Positions 50,571 through 51,292 of a stretch of 51,292 nt of DNA are shown one piece after another; position 1 is the stretch's first letter, and the number at the start of each line of letters is the position of its first letter. Origin of the DNA: an uncultured bacterium (GTDB taxonomy: Bacteria; SAR324; NAC60-12); the NCBI GenBank assembly GCA_965662845.1, contig CBFIJD010000002.1:1-51292 (forward strand), in the 5' to 3' direction. The notes beneath the pieces are model-generated. The model saw only the letters and a program-made list of their open reading frames with translations. It was not told where the DNA came from and ran no database searches. The position numbers and the translations under genes were made by a program.

Positions 50571-51146
50571 TTTTTTTGCAATGTATATAGTCCCCCCGAA
50601 ACCCTCTTCGATAGTATGGTCTTCTAAAATCATACTGCTCTCTTTTAGGCTTTCTTGGTAGCGAGCGCAGGACATGGAGTATGTCATAAATCTCTCGCCC
50701 CCGTTACATTCTGGGGGAGTCATTCTCTCACCATCTTCATCACCAGAACTAAATAAAAAGTGTCCCTCATATTTTAGATGTTTAGAGACTTTTTCTATTA
50801 CTCTTGATTGCTTTTCCTGCGTTAGATGGATCATCAATCCATACGCAATCACTGCATCAAAGAGAATTTGAAAAAAGTCAGAATCTAAGACGTCTGAACA
50901 TTGAACTGGCACATTTGGAAGATCCGCTTTAAATCTTGCTGCCATTTTTGCAGAGCTGTCAATACCATAAGGTTTAAAACCAAGTTGGCATAAAGTACTG
51001 GTTATTGGAGAGCCATATCCGCAGCCAATATCCAAGATCTTTGCGCCCGGTTGAAGGTTTTCGGTGAATTTTTTGATTACTTCGACTCCAGCACCCGGTG
51101 TCCTTGTGGAAACATACCAGTCAAAGATTGTGTCATATACTTTCAT
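50541..51146 (-). CDS. Class I SAM-dependent methyltransferase (probable cassette)
   Basis: ILDIGCGYG, GIDSS, FDAVIAYGLMIHL, LKYEGHFLFSSG; AT-rich. Confidence 0.88.
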   Translation of the reverse strand: MKVYDTIFDWYVSTRTPGAGVEVIKKFTENLQPGAKILDIGCGYGSPITSTLCQLGFKPYGIDSSAKMAARFKADLPNVPVQCSDVLDSDFFQILFDAVIAYGLMIHLTQEKQSRVIEKVSKHLKYEGHFLFSSGDEDGERMTPPECNGGERFMTYSMSCARYQESLKESSMILEDHTIEEGFGGTIYIAKKLSYKADQLR

Positions 51147-51228
51147 AACGGCCGATTTTTAACACTTTCGCTGGATTTGCCTTTGATGCGATCTGGTGAC
51201 AAAAGCGGTTTTTCCAGATGGAACGGCT

Positions 51229-51292
51229 GTAAGGACGAACCGTCATTCGCCCCTACGCTGTTGACTAATTCGTGCGAACCGCCGTTCACCCC
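51229..51292 (-). repeat. Two GTAG-family REP-like palindromes
   Basis: Minus strand GTAGGGGCGAATGACGGTTCGTCCTTAC (51229-51256) and partial GGGGTGAACGGCGGTTCGCAC (51272-51292, cut by the window edge). Confidence 0.6.

Noticed and set aside
1..51292. CRISPR array, tRNA, rRNA, integrase or transposase
   Set aside because: No regularly spaced repeats, cloverleaf or rRNA motifs, or recombinase ORFs recognised by eye

Overview
Gene-dense bacterial chromosome segment. A diderm envelope (Tol proteins, Omp85 barrel), cdaA-cdaR-pdxJ next to ftsH, a CIRCE box and Mini-III suggest a deltaproteobacteria-like, possibly SAR324-type organism; this is inference only. Most genes are housekeeping: thiN, rsmI, mrnC, plsY, an M18 peptidase, clpB, tilS, a partial tol cluster, nadK, ftsH-cdaA-cdaR-pdxJ-rng and a Bacillus-ordered purCSQLFMND operon without purH. 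Unusual items: (1) a Uma2 (DUF820) nuclease gene between two diverged ~240-bp direct copies of the clpB promoter, CIRCE box and first 24 codons; (2) a small integron cassette array at the right end (two attC sites, one decayed site, beta-carbonic anhydrase and methyltransferase cassettes, GTAG-type REPs), with no integrase in the window; (3) a fusion of an MddA/NnrU-like membrane methyltransferase to a UbiG-like methyltransferase; (4) an M1-peptidase-like domain lacking HEXXH fused to an Omp85 barrel, followed by a small Cys-His-Asp protein; (5) rsmI lying antisense inside a minus-strand gene run that encodes Mini-III, with its ATG overlapping the ATG of thiN; (6) a SiaA-like/SiaB pair without siaC/siaD. 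No CRISPR array, tRNA or rRNA was recognised.
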